DNA of 46,687 nt from positions 1 to 46,687 of the forward strand of contig CAWFGE010000003.1 in the NCBI GenBank assembly GCA_963815195.1, written 5' to 3'. Positions 28,401 to 40,529 of the stretch are shown in pieces (position 1 is the first letter of the stretch; every line of letters begins with the position of its first letter). Made by a program: the position numbers and the translations under genes. Under the pieces are notes generated by a model. That model ran no database searches, was not told where the DNA came from, and saw only the letters and a list, made by a program, of their open reading frames with translations. Origin of the DNA: an uncultured Planctomycetaceae bacterium. GTDB lineage: Bacteria; Planctomycetota; Planctomycetia; Planctomycetales; Planctomycetaceae.

Positions 28401-31400
28401 GGCCTGGTGGTTGAGCCGGCCAATCCCTCGGCGTGTGCCACGACTCTCCGAAAATCAGCATCGCTTTCTTCGGATGCTATCGCGAAAGACATGGCGGTAT
28501 TTCGAGGAATTTGTCACGGCGGAGGAGAATTGGTTGCCGCCGGATAACATTCAGCTGAACCCTGAGCGAATCGTCGCGCCGCGCACCAGTCCCACGAACA
28601 TCGGCATGGCGCTGCTCGCTGACCTGGCGGCCTACGACTTCGGCTATTGCTCCGCCGGTCAATTCCTGACCCGGACGCAGCACACCTTTGAAACGCTGTC
28701 CCGCATGGAGAGGTATCGAGGACATTTCTTTAATTGGTACAACACGCGCTCGCTTGCGCCCTTGCATCCGCGTTATGTCTCGATGGTCGATAGCGGCAAT
28801 CTGGCGGCGAACCTTTTGGTCCTCAGCAGCGGCTGCACCGAACTCAGTGTGAGGCGCGCATCCTTCCACCACGGATATTCGGCGGCCTCTCGCGATACAC
28901 TGCGCGTGCTCTGGGACATGGCCTGCAGCAAGGAGGAAGCGCTGGTCGAAGCCAAGCTGCTTCGCAAGATCGAATGCCAATTGGAAGATTTGGATCACGC
29001 TCCCGCAACATTGGCTGCGGCCAATGCGCTCCTCTCCCAGCTGAGCCTGCTTGCGGCCGAACTGACTGCCACTGCGGACAGCGATGCCGAGTTCGCTTGG
29101 TGGGCGAATGCCTATGAGCGATCCTGCCGCGACCATCAAGCCGACCTGCTGCATCTGGCGAGTTGGCTCAGCTTACCCGTGCCGCCTGATGAGATTTGGG
29201 AAAGCGGTTCCGGCGAGCAGGTCGATCAGCGGAACACGTTGCAAGAGATGCTCAATCGTCTGGACGCCTCGGCAACGCTGCAGGATGTCGCAGAATTGGA
29301 AGGAACATCACGACCGCTGCTCGAAGCATTGCTGCAAGAGGCGTCCGCGGAAGCCAAAGGTTGGCTCATGCAATTGAACACCGCACTCGCCACGGCTTCC
29401 GAACATGCCACCGCGAGGATCCAGGCATTTGAGGAACTCGCCGCACAGTGTCGCGAGCTGGCCGACATGGATTTCGGCTTGCTGTACGATTCCACGCGTG
29501 ATTTATTCGCCATCGGCTACAACGTCAGCGAGCGGCGGCTCGATGCGAGCTTTTACGATCTTTTGGCATCTGAGGCGCGGCTTGGCAGCTTTATCGTTGA
29601 TCGCGCAGGGGCATTGTGGGCAGGAGCATTGGTTCGCACTCGGCCGGCTGCTTGACCAGCGCGGGGCATGTGCCGGCTCTGTTGAGCTGGAGCGGCTCGA
29701 TGTTCGAGTACTTGATGCCGCTTTTGGTCATGCCCAACTATGAAAACACGCTGCTCGATCGGACTTATCACGCCGTCGTGCGCCGGCAGATCGAATATGG
29801 CCGGCAGCGCGGCGTTCCGTGGGGCATCTCCGAGTCCGGTTACAACACCATCGATCAGCACAAACCTATCAATACCGAGCATTTGGCGTGCCCGGGACTG
29901 GGGTTGAAGCGCGGGCTGGCGGAAGACTTGGTGATTGCACCCTATGCGAGCGTGCTGGCGCTGATGGTCGAGCCGGAGGCGGCCTGCCGCAACCTTGGAA
30001 CGGCTGGCGGCCGACGGCCAGCAAGGCGACTACGGCTTCTACGAAGCGGTCGACTACACTCCCTCCCGATTGCCGCCAGGGATGCGATCAGCGTCACCGT
30101 GCGGCAGTTCATGGCCCATCACGAAGGGATGAGCTTGCTGTCGCTGGCGTACTTGTTGCTTGACAAGCCCATGCAGCGCCGCTTCCTGGCCGATCCCATG
30201 CTGCGGGCGGCCGAACTGCTGCTGCAAGAGCGCGTTCCCAAAGCCACCGCGCCCGTCTTTCCTCACGCCAGTGAAGCGAGCGCCACGCGACTTGCTTCGG
30301 GGGAAGAAACCGGCACCATGCGCGTCTTCACCGATCCCAACAGTGCGGCGGTGGAAGCCCATCTGCTTTCCAACGGCCGTTACCATGTGGCCGTGACAAG
30401 CGCCGGTGGCGGTTACAGTCGCTGGTGAGACCTGGCGGTCACGCGATGGCGCGAGGATGCCACTCGCGATAGCTACGGCAGCTTCTGCTACGTGCGCGAT
30501 GTGGACAGCGGCGAGGTGTGGTCCAACGCCTGGCAACCGACGCTCAAGTCGCCCCAAGACTTATGAAGCGATCTTCACGCAAGCGCGGGCCGAGTTTCGC
30601 CGCACCGACCACCAGATCGAAACGTACACGCAGATCAGCGTCTCGCCGGAGGATGACATCGAACTGCGGCGCGTGACGCTGACGAACCGCTCCGAGACGC
30701 CGACGCACGATTGAGATCACCAGTTATGCGGAGGTCGTGCTGGCGACGCAGGCGCAGGACGAGTCGCATCCCGCGTTCAGCAATCTCGTTCGTGCAGACC
30801 GAACTGGTTCCGGGCCGTCAGGCGATTTATTGCACGCGCCGTCCGCGCTCGGCGGAAGAGCAGCCTCCGTGGATGACGCACATGATGATGGTGCGGGGCA
30901 TCACGATCGGCGAGCCGTCTTACGAAACCGATCGGATGCGGTTTATTGGTCGGCAGCGGACGCTCGCATCCCCTCAGCGCGCTCGATGGCAAATCGCCCC
31001 TTTCCAACACCGCAGGGCCGGTCCTCGATCCGATCGTCTGCATCCGCCAGACAGTGTGGATCTGCAGCCGAATGAGGCCGTGCGGATCGACATCGTCACC
31101 GGCGTCGCCGAGTCACGCGCCGGCGTTGAAGCGCTGACCGAGAAGTACAGCGATTCCAGCCTGGCTGATCGCGTTTTCGACCTCGCCTGGACGCACGGCC
31201 AAATCCTGCTTCAACAACTCGAGCGCTTCCGAAGCGGATGCGCAGGTCTATGGCCGCCTGGCGGGTTCGATCATTTATGCCTCGTCGCTCAGGCGGGCCA
31301 AGGCCAGCATTCTCAGCCGCAATCGACAGGGACAATCGGGGCTTTGGGGCTATGGAATCTCGGGCGATTTGCCGATTGTATTGGTGCGGATTCGCGACCA

Positions 31401-34333
31401 TGAGCGGATCGCGCTGGTGCGCCAAGCGGTGCAGGCGCATGCATACTGGCGACTGAAGGGGCTGGCGGTTGATCTGGTGATCTGGAACGAAGACGATTCG
31501 GTCTATCGGCAGACGTTGCAGGAAGCCATCGTCGATCTCGTCGCTGCCAGTCCGGAAGCACCGCTCGTCGACCGGCCCGGCGGCGTTTTCATCCGCCGTG
31601 GCGAGCAGATGTCGGAAGAAGATCGCGCGCTGCTGCAGACCGTCGCGCGGATCGTATTACTGCGATGACGGGGAACGCTGGCGGAACAGGCCGAACGCCG
31701 CGAACGGGTCCGAAGTTTCGATCCCGCATCTGAAACCGCTTGCCCGCCGGCCCGGTCGACCGCTCCCCTATGAACCTCCGCAGCGCGATCTGGCTTTTTT
31801 CAACGGCCTGGGCGGCTTCAGTCACGATGGCCGCGAATATGTGACGATCCTCGCCGCTGGCGCAGACGACGCCCGCGCCGTGGGTGAATGTCATCGCCAA
31901 TCCGCAATTCGGCACCGTCGTCTCGGAAGGGGGCAGCGCCTACACCTGGTCGGAAAACAGCCATGAGTTCCGACTCACCCCCTGGCACAACGATCCCGTC
32001 TCTGACATGAGCGGCGAAGCCATCTATGTGCGCGATGAAGAGACGGGGCAGTTCTGGTCTCCCTCGCCGCTGCCCGGCACGCGGGCAGAACACTTACATC
32101 GTGCGCCACGGATTCGGCTATAGCATTTTCGATTACACCGAAGAGGGCCTAACGACCGAACTGTGCGTCTACGTGGCCACCGACTGCGCCGGTGAAGTTC
32201 TACAAGCTCAAGATCGCCAACCACTCGGGACGTCCGCGACAGATTTCGGTCACCGGCTATTGGGAGTTGGTCCTCGGCGATTCGCGAAGCAAGTCGCTAA
32301 TGCACGTCGTGACTGAGTCCGATCCGGCCAGCGGCGCAATTCTCGCCCGAAACGTCTATAACCCCGAGTTTGGCGACCGCGTGGCGTTCGTCAATTGCAG
32401 TGAGGCGAATCGCACTCACACCGGGGACCGCGCCGAGTTTCTCGGCCGCAATGGCGAGTTGGCCCATCCCTCGGCCATGCGGCGCGTGCGGCTCTCGGGC
32501 CGCGTGGGGGCGGGATACGATCCGTGTGCCGCATTCCAAGCGCCGCTGACGCTCGCCGACGGACAAGAGCGGACCATCACCTTCACGCTCGGTGCCGCGC
32601 GCGGAGCCGCCGAAGCGAAAGACCTCGCGCAGCGGTTCCGCAGCGTCGAGAGCGCCCACCGGTCGATCGAGAGCGTCTGGGACTACTGGAGCCGGACGCT
32701 GGGCGTGGTCTATGTGGAAACGCCCGACGCATCGGTCAATTTTCTGGCGAACGGCTGGCTTCTCTATCAGACGCTCGCTTGCCGCATGTGGGCTCGTTCG
32801 GGGTTTTATCAATCGGGCGGCGCATTCGGCTTCCGCGACCAACTGCAGGACGCGATGGCCCTGGTGCATGCGCAGCCGCAATTGCTCCGCGAGCATCTGC
32901 TGCGCGCTGCGGCGCACCAATTTCGTGAAGGAGACGTGCAGCATTGGTGGCATCCGCCAGTGGGCCGCGGCGTGCGGACGCATTTCTCCGACGATTACCT
33001 GTGGCTTCCATTGGCAATTTGCCGCTATGTCGGCATGACGGGAGATACCGGCGTGCTTGGAGGAGTCGCATTCCGTTTTTGACTTCGCGCCCTTGCGCGA
33101 TGATGAGGAATCCAATTACGACCTGCCGCAGATTTCCGACGATGTCGGCACGCTTTACGAGCACGGCATCCGCGCGATCGACCGTGGGCTGCGGTTCGGC
33201 GAGCACGGCCTGCCGCTGATGGGCTGCGGCGATTGGAACGACGGCATGAACCTCGTCGGCCAAGCACGGCCGGGGCGAGAGCGTCTGGCTGGGGTTCTTT
33301 CTGTTTCACGTGCTCATGCAGTTTGCCGATCTGGCGCGATGGCGCGGCGATGCGGCACTCGCCGAGCGCTATACGCGTCGAAGCGCGGACGGCTGCGTGG
33401 AAATCATCGAGGAGCACGGCTGGGATGGCCAGTGGTATCGCCGGGCTTATTTCGACGACGGCACACCGCTGGGCTCGGCCATGAACGAAGAGTGCCAGAT
33501 CGATGCCATCTCGCAAAGTTGGTCGATTCTTTCGGGAGCTGGCACGCACGAGCGAACCCAAACCGCGATGGAAAGCGTCGATCGTCGCCTCGTCCGACGG
33601 GACGACCGCTTGATTCTGCTGCTCGATCCGCCGTTCGACAAGTCCGACCTCGACCCGGGCTACATTAAAGGCTACGTGCCCGGCGTGCGAGAAAACGGAG
33701 GTCAATACACTCACAGCGCCATTTGGACCGTCATGGCGGCGGCTGCCCGGGGTGAGAACGAGCGGGCCTGGGAATTGTTCTCACTGATCAATCCCATTTC
33801 GCACGGAGCGACATCCTGCGGAGATTGCCACCTACCGCGTCGAGCCGTACGTCGTGGCGGCCGACGTCTACGGAGCCGATCCGCACGTCGGCCGCGGCGG
33901 TTGGACATGGTACACCGGATCGGCCGGCTGGATGTACCGCCTCATTGTGGAGTCGCTCTTGGGCCTGCACCTGGAGGTGGACAAGCTGCGCATCACGCCT
34001 TGCCTGCCGACGGCATGGACCAGGTTCCAGATCCACTATCGTTATCGTGAGACATTCTATCACATCACCATCGACCACAACGGCCCGGACGCGACGGTCT
34101 GCCGACGGGCACTGGACGGCGTCGAGTTCACCGACGACTTAATCACACTCGTTGATGATGGCACGGATCACGAAATTGAAATCGAGATGGGGCCAGCCAT
34201 AACCGCGAATTCGGGCGCAGCACATGACAGAATCCTGAAGCGAGATCTTGTGAACTTCACGCCCCGAACAAACGACAGAAATAGAGAATTGCCAGATTCC
34301 CTCCCGACCGGACTTGGAAAGCGGCATGCATGA
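25406..34333 (+). pseudogene. ndvB: Cyclic beta-1,2-glucan synthase (Cgs/NdvB/ChvB) with GH94 domain; more than 10 frameshifts and an in-frame TGA at 30426
   Basis: EWLLDNFY, MDFATRDRYR, ERKRGKL, ITLDTDT, GKGIYDV, SHDLIEG, RWMRGDWQ, WLPPDN, RTSPTNIG, YDLLASEARL, SWSGSMFEYLMP, WGISES, GFYQSGGAFGFRDQLQD, GDWNDGMN, ENGGQYTH, TWYTGSAGW in the expected order. Confidence 0.93.
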
Positions 34334-36687
34334 CCAACGAAAAATCTGATTCGAGGGGGATGATCGATCCTCTCCGACTCGCGGACGAAGCGTTTCTCGA
34401 ACAGCGGAATTGGCTGCGCGTGACTCTCTCATGCATTGGCGATGCCGTCATCACCACGGACGCCGAAGGCCGAGTGACTTTTCTAAACCCGGTCGCCGAG
34501 TCCTTAACGGGGTGGACGCACCGAGACGCCGTGGGGCAATCGCTCGATGATGTGTTCCATATCATCAATGAATCAAGCCGCCAGTTGGTTGAAAGTCCCG
34601 CCGTGCGTGCGTTGCGGGAGGGTGTCGTGGTCGGACTGGCGAACCACACTCTGCTCATCGGCAAGGACGGCACGGAGTACCCCATCGACGATAGTGCGGC
34701 CCCGATCCGGAATAACAAAGGGGAAATCGCCGGCGTCGTGCTGGTCTTTCGGAACATCGCCGAGCGCCGGGAAGCGGAACACAGGGTCGAACGCGCGCTC
34801 GCGTACGCGGATGATATCGTCGCCACCCTCAGAGAGCCGTTCGTGGTTCTCGATCGCGGCCTGCGGGTGAGATCGGCGAATCGCGCCTTCTACGAGTCGT
34901 TTCACGTCTCGCGGCAGGAAACGAGGAACCGCCTCATCTACGAATTGGGAGATGGCCAGTGGGATATCCCCGCGTTACGGGCACTGCTGGATGAAGTTTT
35001 GTCAGAACACCATCCCGTCCACGATTATGAGGTGGAACACGACTTCCCACTGATCGGGCGGAGGACCATGCTGCTCAACGCCCGCCAGTTTCCGCCCGAG
35101 GCCGAGAACCCGGAATTAATCCTGCTCGCCATTGAAGACATCACCAAACGCAAGCGAGCGGAAGCCGCCCTGAAGACTTCGGAGGTCCGGTATCGGCGGC
35201 TGTTCGAGTCGGCCCGGGACGGCATCTTGATTCTCGATGCCGAAACCATGCGGATCATCGATTCCAATCCCTTCATGCACGAACTGCTGGGCTACTCCGG
35301 CCAAGAGTTCCTCGGAAAGGAGCTTTGGGAAATCGGCCTGTTTCGTGACAAATCGGAAAGTCAGACCGCCGTGAGGACTTTGAAAGAAACAGGCTATGTA
35401 CGCTACGAAGACCTGCCGCTGGAAACCGAGCAGGGAGAAATTCGGCAGGTGGAGTTCATCTGCAACGTCTATAACGAAGTCGGCCACGAAGTCGCCCAGT
35501 GCAACATCCGAGACATTACCGAGCGAAAGCAGATGGAACGGCGCATCGCGGAGCAGGCGAAAGAACTGGCCGTCGCTAACCGCCGCAAGGATGAGTTCAT
35601 GGCGATGCTCTCGCATGAGCTTCGGAACCCGATGGCCCCGATCTACAACGCCTTGCAACTCATCGGACAAGACGGCAATGAAAATGAACTCCAAAGGGAA
35701 GCCCGCGGCGTCATCGAACGGCAGGTGCGGCATCTGTCGCGACTGGTGGACGATCTGCTGGAGGTTTCTCGCATCACGACCAGTCGAGTCCGCCTGCATA
35801 TCGAAAGCGTGGACCTGAATGGCATCGTACAGCAGGCCGTAGAACGGCTACGTCCCCACATCGACCGCCGTCAGCAGGAGCTGACCGTCACGCTGGCAGA
35901 TCAAGTCGTGTGGCTGGACGCCGATGCAACCCGCTTGGAGCAGGTCGTCGGAAACCTGCTGGGCAACGCGTCCAAGTACAACAACCCCGGCGGCAAAATC
36001 GGGCTGTCGGTCGAATCCGAAGACTCTCAGGCAGTCATTCGAGTTAAAGACAACGGCATCGGCATGGCTCCCGAATTGCTCCCGAACATCTTCGATCTGT
36101 TCACGCAGGCGGACAAGTCGCTGGTTCGAAGTGAGGGGGGATTGGGCATCGGATTGGCTCTGGTGAAAAACCTTGTGGAATTGCACCGGGGAACCGTTGA
36201 GGCTCATAGCGAAGGCATCGGAAAGGGCAGTGAGTTCGTCGTCCGCCTGCCGATTAAATCCGAAATGGGGACCCGTCGGGAATCCGCCGCGGCCTATTCG
36301 GCGACAGAGGCGGCGAAACCGCTGCGGATTCTGCTCGTGGATGACAACGTGGACGCGGCCAGAATGTGCGGGATGCTGCTGGAGTCCTGGGGACACGAAG
36401 TTCGAGTGACTCACAACGGCGCCGACGCCCTAGAACGGGCGATCGGCTTTCATCCGCATGTGATTTTGTGTGACATCGGACTACCAGACATGGACGGCTA
36501 CGAAGTCGCCCGGCACATCCGCCAGAGCCCGCTTCTCAATGATGTGCGGTTGGTGGCGGTGACCGGCTATGGACAAGACTCCGACCGGCACCGAGCGCTG
36601 GAGGCGGGGTTCGATCTGCATTTGGTCAAACCAGTAGAAATGCTCGAGGTGCAAGCTTTGCTAACCGGATTCGCGGGCAGACAATAG
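34330..36687 (+). CDS. Multi-PAS hybrid sensor histidine kinase / response regulator
   Basis: Three PAS domains, LSHELRNP H-box, N/G boxes (NASKY, DNGIG, GGLGIGL), receiver domain (LVDDN, DIGLPDMDG, LVKP); intact; ATGA overlap with the cgs stop. Confidence 0.95.
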   Translation: MTNEKSDSRGMIDPLRLADEAFLEQRNWLRVTLSCIGDAVITTDAEGRVTFLNPVAESLTGWTHRDAVGQSLDDVFHIINESSRQLVESPAVRALREGVVVGLANHTLLIGKDGTEYPIDDSAAPIRNNKGEIAGVVLVFRNIAERREAEHRVERALAYADDIVATLREPFVVLDRGLRVRSANRAFYESFHVSRQETRNRLIYELGDGQWDIPALRALLDEVLSEHHPVHDYEVEHDFPLIGRRTMLLNARQFPPEAENPELILLAIEDITKRKRAEAALKTSEVRYRRLFESARDGILILDAETMRIIDSNPFMHELLGYSGQEFLGKELWEIGLFRDKSESQTAVRTLKETGYVRYEDLPLETEQGEIRQVEFICNVYNEVGHEVAQCNIRDITERKQMERRIAEQAKELAVANRRKDEFMAMLSHELRNPMAPIYNALQLIGQDGNENELQREARGVIERQVRHLSRLVDDLLEVSRITTSRVRLHIESVDLNGIVQQAVERLRPHIDRRQQELTVTLADQVVWLDADATRLEQVVGNLLGNASKYNNPGGKIGLSVESEDSQAVIRVKDNGIGMAPELLPNIFDLFTQADKSLVRSEGGLGIGLALVKNLVELHRGTVEAHSEGIGKGSEFVVRLPIKSEMGTRRESAAAYSATEAAKPLRILLVDDNVDAARMCGMLLESWGHEVRVTHNGADALERAIGFHPHVILCDIGLPDMDGYEVARHIRQSPLLNDVRLVAVTGYGQDSDRHRALEAGFDLHLVKPVEMLEVQALLTGFAGRQ

Positions 36688-36945
36688 AGCGAGAGATCGC
36701 TCGCAGCCGGTGGCCAGGGAGGCCATCCGTGAAGGAAAAATTTCGTGATGAAGGAAGCAAATGGCTGAATACGCCTTCCCTCCCCGCACAAAAACAATAG
36801 TTGCTGGCGACGGATGACAGATTTGATTTCTTCATCTGCAATCGCGACGCAGGGGAACAGGAATTCGAATGCGGCTTGGTGCCTATTGCCCGCATCCGCG
36901 CGAACGTCGGCCCCAGTCTTTACGAATGTTGGCTCACATCCTGGA

Positions 36946-37094
36946 TCAAGCCGCCCACTCGTAGTGCTTCAGCAGCCCGCCCAATCGCTCGCAACACACC
37001 ACATTCTCCAAGCAAATGATCTCGGCTTCCGGCGGCGGTTCCTTCATCGCCGGCGGCAGGTGGTCGCGATTTTCGTGCGGCCGAAGCTCGTTAT
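36946..37094 (-). pseudogene. C-terminal part of an integrase-core (rve) gene split by IS701
   Basis: NELRPHENRDHLPP...VCCERLGGLLKHYEWAA*; continues QFY from 38624. Confidence 0.8.
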
Positions 37095-38623
37095 TTCGAC
37101 TGTTTTAGATTTGTCTTTTGTTTATATTCAATGGTGCCAATTGATTATGTTGTTTCCAATGGTATAAGCGAGCAAGTTCGTTTCGTTTAAGCCGTTGCTC
37201 GCGATCCCAGAGGACGCGGGAGGTTGTACCGCATTCGTAGTGGTGGTGAAGGATCAAGGCGATCCCCTCTTGGATTTGTTGAACCGTAATCGCCGGTGTC
37301 CATTTTTTTTCCCCTCCGGGCTTCCGTCACTAAGAACCAGGTGGCGATCAGCGAGAGCGTCTGATGATGTTGCCAGCCCTTCCAGTTGCGAACCTCGTAG
37401 TCCGCAAGGCCGGCTTCGCCCTTCGCTGCGCCGGAGACATTCTTCGATACGATGCTCGGCCTTCGCCACCCGGGTGAATTCCGCCAATTTTGTTTCGGAA
37501 CTGGCATTGGACAGATAGTAGTCCGTCTTGATGACAGATTGATTGTCGCGGTCTTTGTAGCGGATCACCACCAGAACCTCGCAGTGTCCTTCTTGGCGTC
37601 GATCGTCACGCGCCACGACGCAGCATTTGACCGCTTCGACAATCAACGGCCCCTTCTCTCCGTCGCGGACATCAATCACGGTCCAATCGCTTTCACAAAG
37701 CGACATCGCCCACTGGTCCACGCGGAGCCAAGGACGCTTGGGATGCCGGCCCCGACCCGTGTACGCAGGCGGATCGACGTCGAGATCACGGATCAACGTA
37801 TTCGACGGAACAGACAACAAGTACTGTTCGCCCAACTTGTGCAAACGCCGACGAAACCAGGAGGGACGACCCATCTCGTCGTCGCCGGCAATCCACTGAT
37901 GAGGCAACTGATCGCCGTGCTCCTTGAGCATCTCCAGGCACAGTTGATGCCGCGTGCGATAGCGAATCCCCTTGGGAAGACCGGCCTTCTTTCGTCGCTT
38001 CGGATCCTGCGTCCATTCCTTGGGAAGATACAATCGCGTATCCACCAAGGCGTGTTCTTGACTCGAGACGTATCCCATGTAGATGGCGACTTGGCAGTTG
38101 TCGACTTTTCCCAGGCGGCCACACCACTGACGCGCCACGCCCACGGAGTCCTTGCCCGATTTTGGAAATCCGGAGGGATCAAATACAATCACCCCGTCTT
38201 CTGTCCCCAACTCCTCGCCGACCTGGCGGACCAACTCCGCCCGCAGCGGTTTGTCATCCCAACCGGAGACCCCAATGAACCATTGCAGCGGCATCCGTTC
38301 TTCTCCGAAACGATACGCAATCGACTCCGTGTTCTTGGCCTCCAAATCCGACAGCAAACCTTGGACGAACGTCAGGGCATGTTCGACCTGCTCTTTGCGC
38401 ACCAGGCTGTCGACGAAGGGGGCCATAAACTCTTCCAACCGCGGCATCACTTGCTCAAAGATCTGCGGATCGACCGAACACTCATCCAACAATTCCTGCT
38501 TTCGTGTCTCGTACGCCGCGTCCATGCCATTGCTCCTTCCATGTGAATTGGTCTAGCCACAAATGACGGAAGGTGCTAATACAAAATCCTTTAAATCTGA
38601 TCAAGACAAATATAACAGTCGAA
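37095..38623 (-). mobile_element. IS701-family insertion sequence (about 1529 bp)
   Basis: Imperfect IRs TTCGACTGTT...TTTGTCTT; 4-bp TSD TTAT (37091-37094 and 38624-38627). Confidence 0.88.
37105..38525 (-). CDS. IS701-family transposase (frameshifts)
   Basis: FDPSGFPKSGKDSVGVARQWCGRLGKVDNCQ, TRLYLPKEW, AGDDEMG, HRIEEC, GLADYEVRNWKGWQHH; C-terminal tail continues in another frame after a G4A8 run at 37303-37314. Confidence 0.9.
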
Positions 38624-38868
38624 TTATAAAACTGGACGTATTCCCTGACGATGTGCCGGAAATGCTTCTCGCCCAGAACCACGAAATGGTCGAGACATTC
38701 TTGTTTTATGCTCTGCACCCATCGTTCGATGAAGGCGTTCATGTTCGGCGACGCTGGCAGAAGTTTCTTGACCCTGATGCCGTCGTCCTCAAAGATTTCA
38801 TCGAACTGCTTCGTGAACTTCGTGTCCGCATCGTGAATGATATCCGTCGGTTTCCCGTGAATCGGCAT
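38624..38868 (-). pseudogene. Middle part of the integrase-core gene (5' end missing)
   Basis: IIHDADTKFT..SPNMNAFIERWVQSIKQECLDHF. Confidence 0.82.
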
Positions 38869-38876
38869 GTTATCGG

Positions 38877-39101
38877 TTGTTTCCGCCGAAGGTTCCGGTC
38901 GTGAATCCCATCGCGTGCGGGGATTGTTTCGCCGCCGGGCTCGCCTGGGGATTTCACGAAGATCGATTGCCGGTTGAGGCCCTGAAACTCGGCGTGGCGG
39001 CGGCGATGGAGAACGTCGGACAACTTCTCCTCGCTCGGCTCGTTCCCGGTCACGTCCTCAAAATCGCCAAAACGGTTCGCGTCGGAGCCCTCTCCAGTTA
39101 A
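38877..39101 (+). pseudogene. C-terminal fragment of a PfkB-family carbohydrate kinase
   Basis: VVNPIACGDCFAAGLA..ALKLGVAAA matches the PfkB C-terminal signature; the N-terminal part is absent. Confidence 0.75.
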
Positions 39102-39110
39102 GATGGGTTC

Positions 39111-40529
39111 ATGCAAGATCATTTCCATCACTCAGAACGACGTACTTCCCGTCGGGATATTCTCCGCGCGGGGAGCGTGGGATTGTTTGGTTTAAGTTTG
39201 CCGCGGTTGCTGGCCGGACAAGAGGCTTCTGAAAAAACCTCACAAATCGGGGCGTCGGATTTCGGGCGGGCGAAGGCTTGCATTTTGTTGTTCATGTGGG
39301 GCGGACCGGCGCATCAGGACACGTGGGATTTGAAACCCAAAGCCCCGGCGGAAGTTCGCGGGGAGTTTCAGCCGATCCCCACTAAGACTCCGGGCGTTTT
39401 CATCAGCGAGCATTTCCCGCTGTTGTCGGAGCGGACGAACGACCTGGCGATCGTGCGATCGATGACGCATGGGGATGTGAACCACACGACCTCCACGCAT
39501 TATTTGCTCACGGGACAACCCCCGCCGCCGGGGGGCGACTTGCGGGGGGATTGGCCGCACGTGGGGGCGGTGTTGGCGAAATTGGGAGCGGGAAAGCCTC
39601 CTTTACCGCCGTTTGTTTCGATGCGGCCGAAACTGGAAAACACGGTTCCGCGATTCGTCGAAGAGAGCCACGGCCAGTTCGCCGGCTGGTTGGGGCAGCG
39701 GTTTGATCCTTTAACGATCGATGCCAACCCCGCCAAACCGGATTACCGCGTGGGCGATTTCGTGCTGCAACCAGAACTCAGCATGCAGCGGTTGGACCGC
39801 CGGAAAGAACTGCTGCACGATTTGGAACGCCAACTCGAAGCCGCCCTGGAGCAATCCAATCCCCGCGCGATGGAGGCGCATTATCAACGGGCGTTTGCTC
39901 TCTTGAATTCGGCGGTGGGCCGGCAGGCGTTTGACTTGACACAGGAACCCGAGGAAGTCCGCGAGCGGTACGGCAAAAATCCCCACGGGCAGTCGGTGCT
40001 TCAGGCCCGGCGGCTCGTCGAGCGCGGCGTGCCTTTGGTCACCGTGTTCTGGCCGAACGACGGCATCAAAAACGTCTCTGTGTATTGGGACACGCACTCG
40101 CGGAACTTCATCGACTTGAAAGACCGTTTGATGCCCGTGGCCGACCGCGCGTTTTCAGCCCTGCTCAACGACCTCAAGGACCGCGGGCTGTTCGATGAGA
40201 CGCTCGTGGTCTGGACCGGCGAGTTCGGCCGCACGCCAAAAGTCGGACAGCGAAACAGCGACGCCGGGGCCGGCCGCGACGGGCGGGACCATTGGCCGAA
40301 CTGCTTCACCAGCGTCCTCGCCGGCGGCGGGATTGCGGGCGGGCAGGTTTACGGATCCTCCGACCGCCACGCCGCCTATCCCGCCAGCGATGCCGTGCGG
40401 CCCGTCGATCTGGTGGCGACGATTTATCAACTGTTGGGCGTCGATCTGGAACTCACCTTCAAAGATGCCCAAGGCCGGCCGCTGGTGATCTGCCCCGGCC
40501 AACCATTAAACGGGTTGCTGAAATCGTAG
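39111..40529 (+). CDS. DUF1501 domain protein with TAT signal
   Basis: SRRDILRAG, LFMWGGPAHQDTWD, ARRLVERGV, WDTH, GEFGRTP, GRDHWP. Confidence 0.93.
   Translation: MQDHFHHSERRTSRRDILRAGSVGLFGLSLPRLLAGQEASEKTSQIGASDFGRAKACILLFMWGGPAHQDTWDLKPKAPAEVRGEFQPIPTKTPGVFISEHFPLLSERTNDLAIVRSMTHGDVNHTTSTHYLLTGQPPPPGGDLRGDWPHVGAVLAKLGAGKPPLPPFVSMRPKLENTVPRFVEESHGQFAGWLGQRFDPLTIDANPAKPDYRVGDFVLQPELSMQRLDRRKELLHDLERQLEAALEQSNPRAMEAHYQRAFALLNSAVGRQAFDLTQEPEEVRERYGKNPHGQSVLQARRLVERGVPLVTVFWPNDGIKNVSVYWDTHSRNFIDLKDRLMPVADRAFSALLNDLKDRGLFDETLVVWTGEFGRTPKVGQRNSDAGAGRDGRDHWPNCFTSVLAGGGIAGGQVYGSSDRHAAYPASDAVRPVDLVATIYQLLGVDLELTFKDAQGRPLVICPGQPLNGLLKS

Noticed and set aside
25400..36700. Many antisense and alternative-frame ORFs over cgs and the kinase
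   Set aside because: Shadow ORFs expected in high-GC coding DNA; the real motifs belong to the plus-strand genes.
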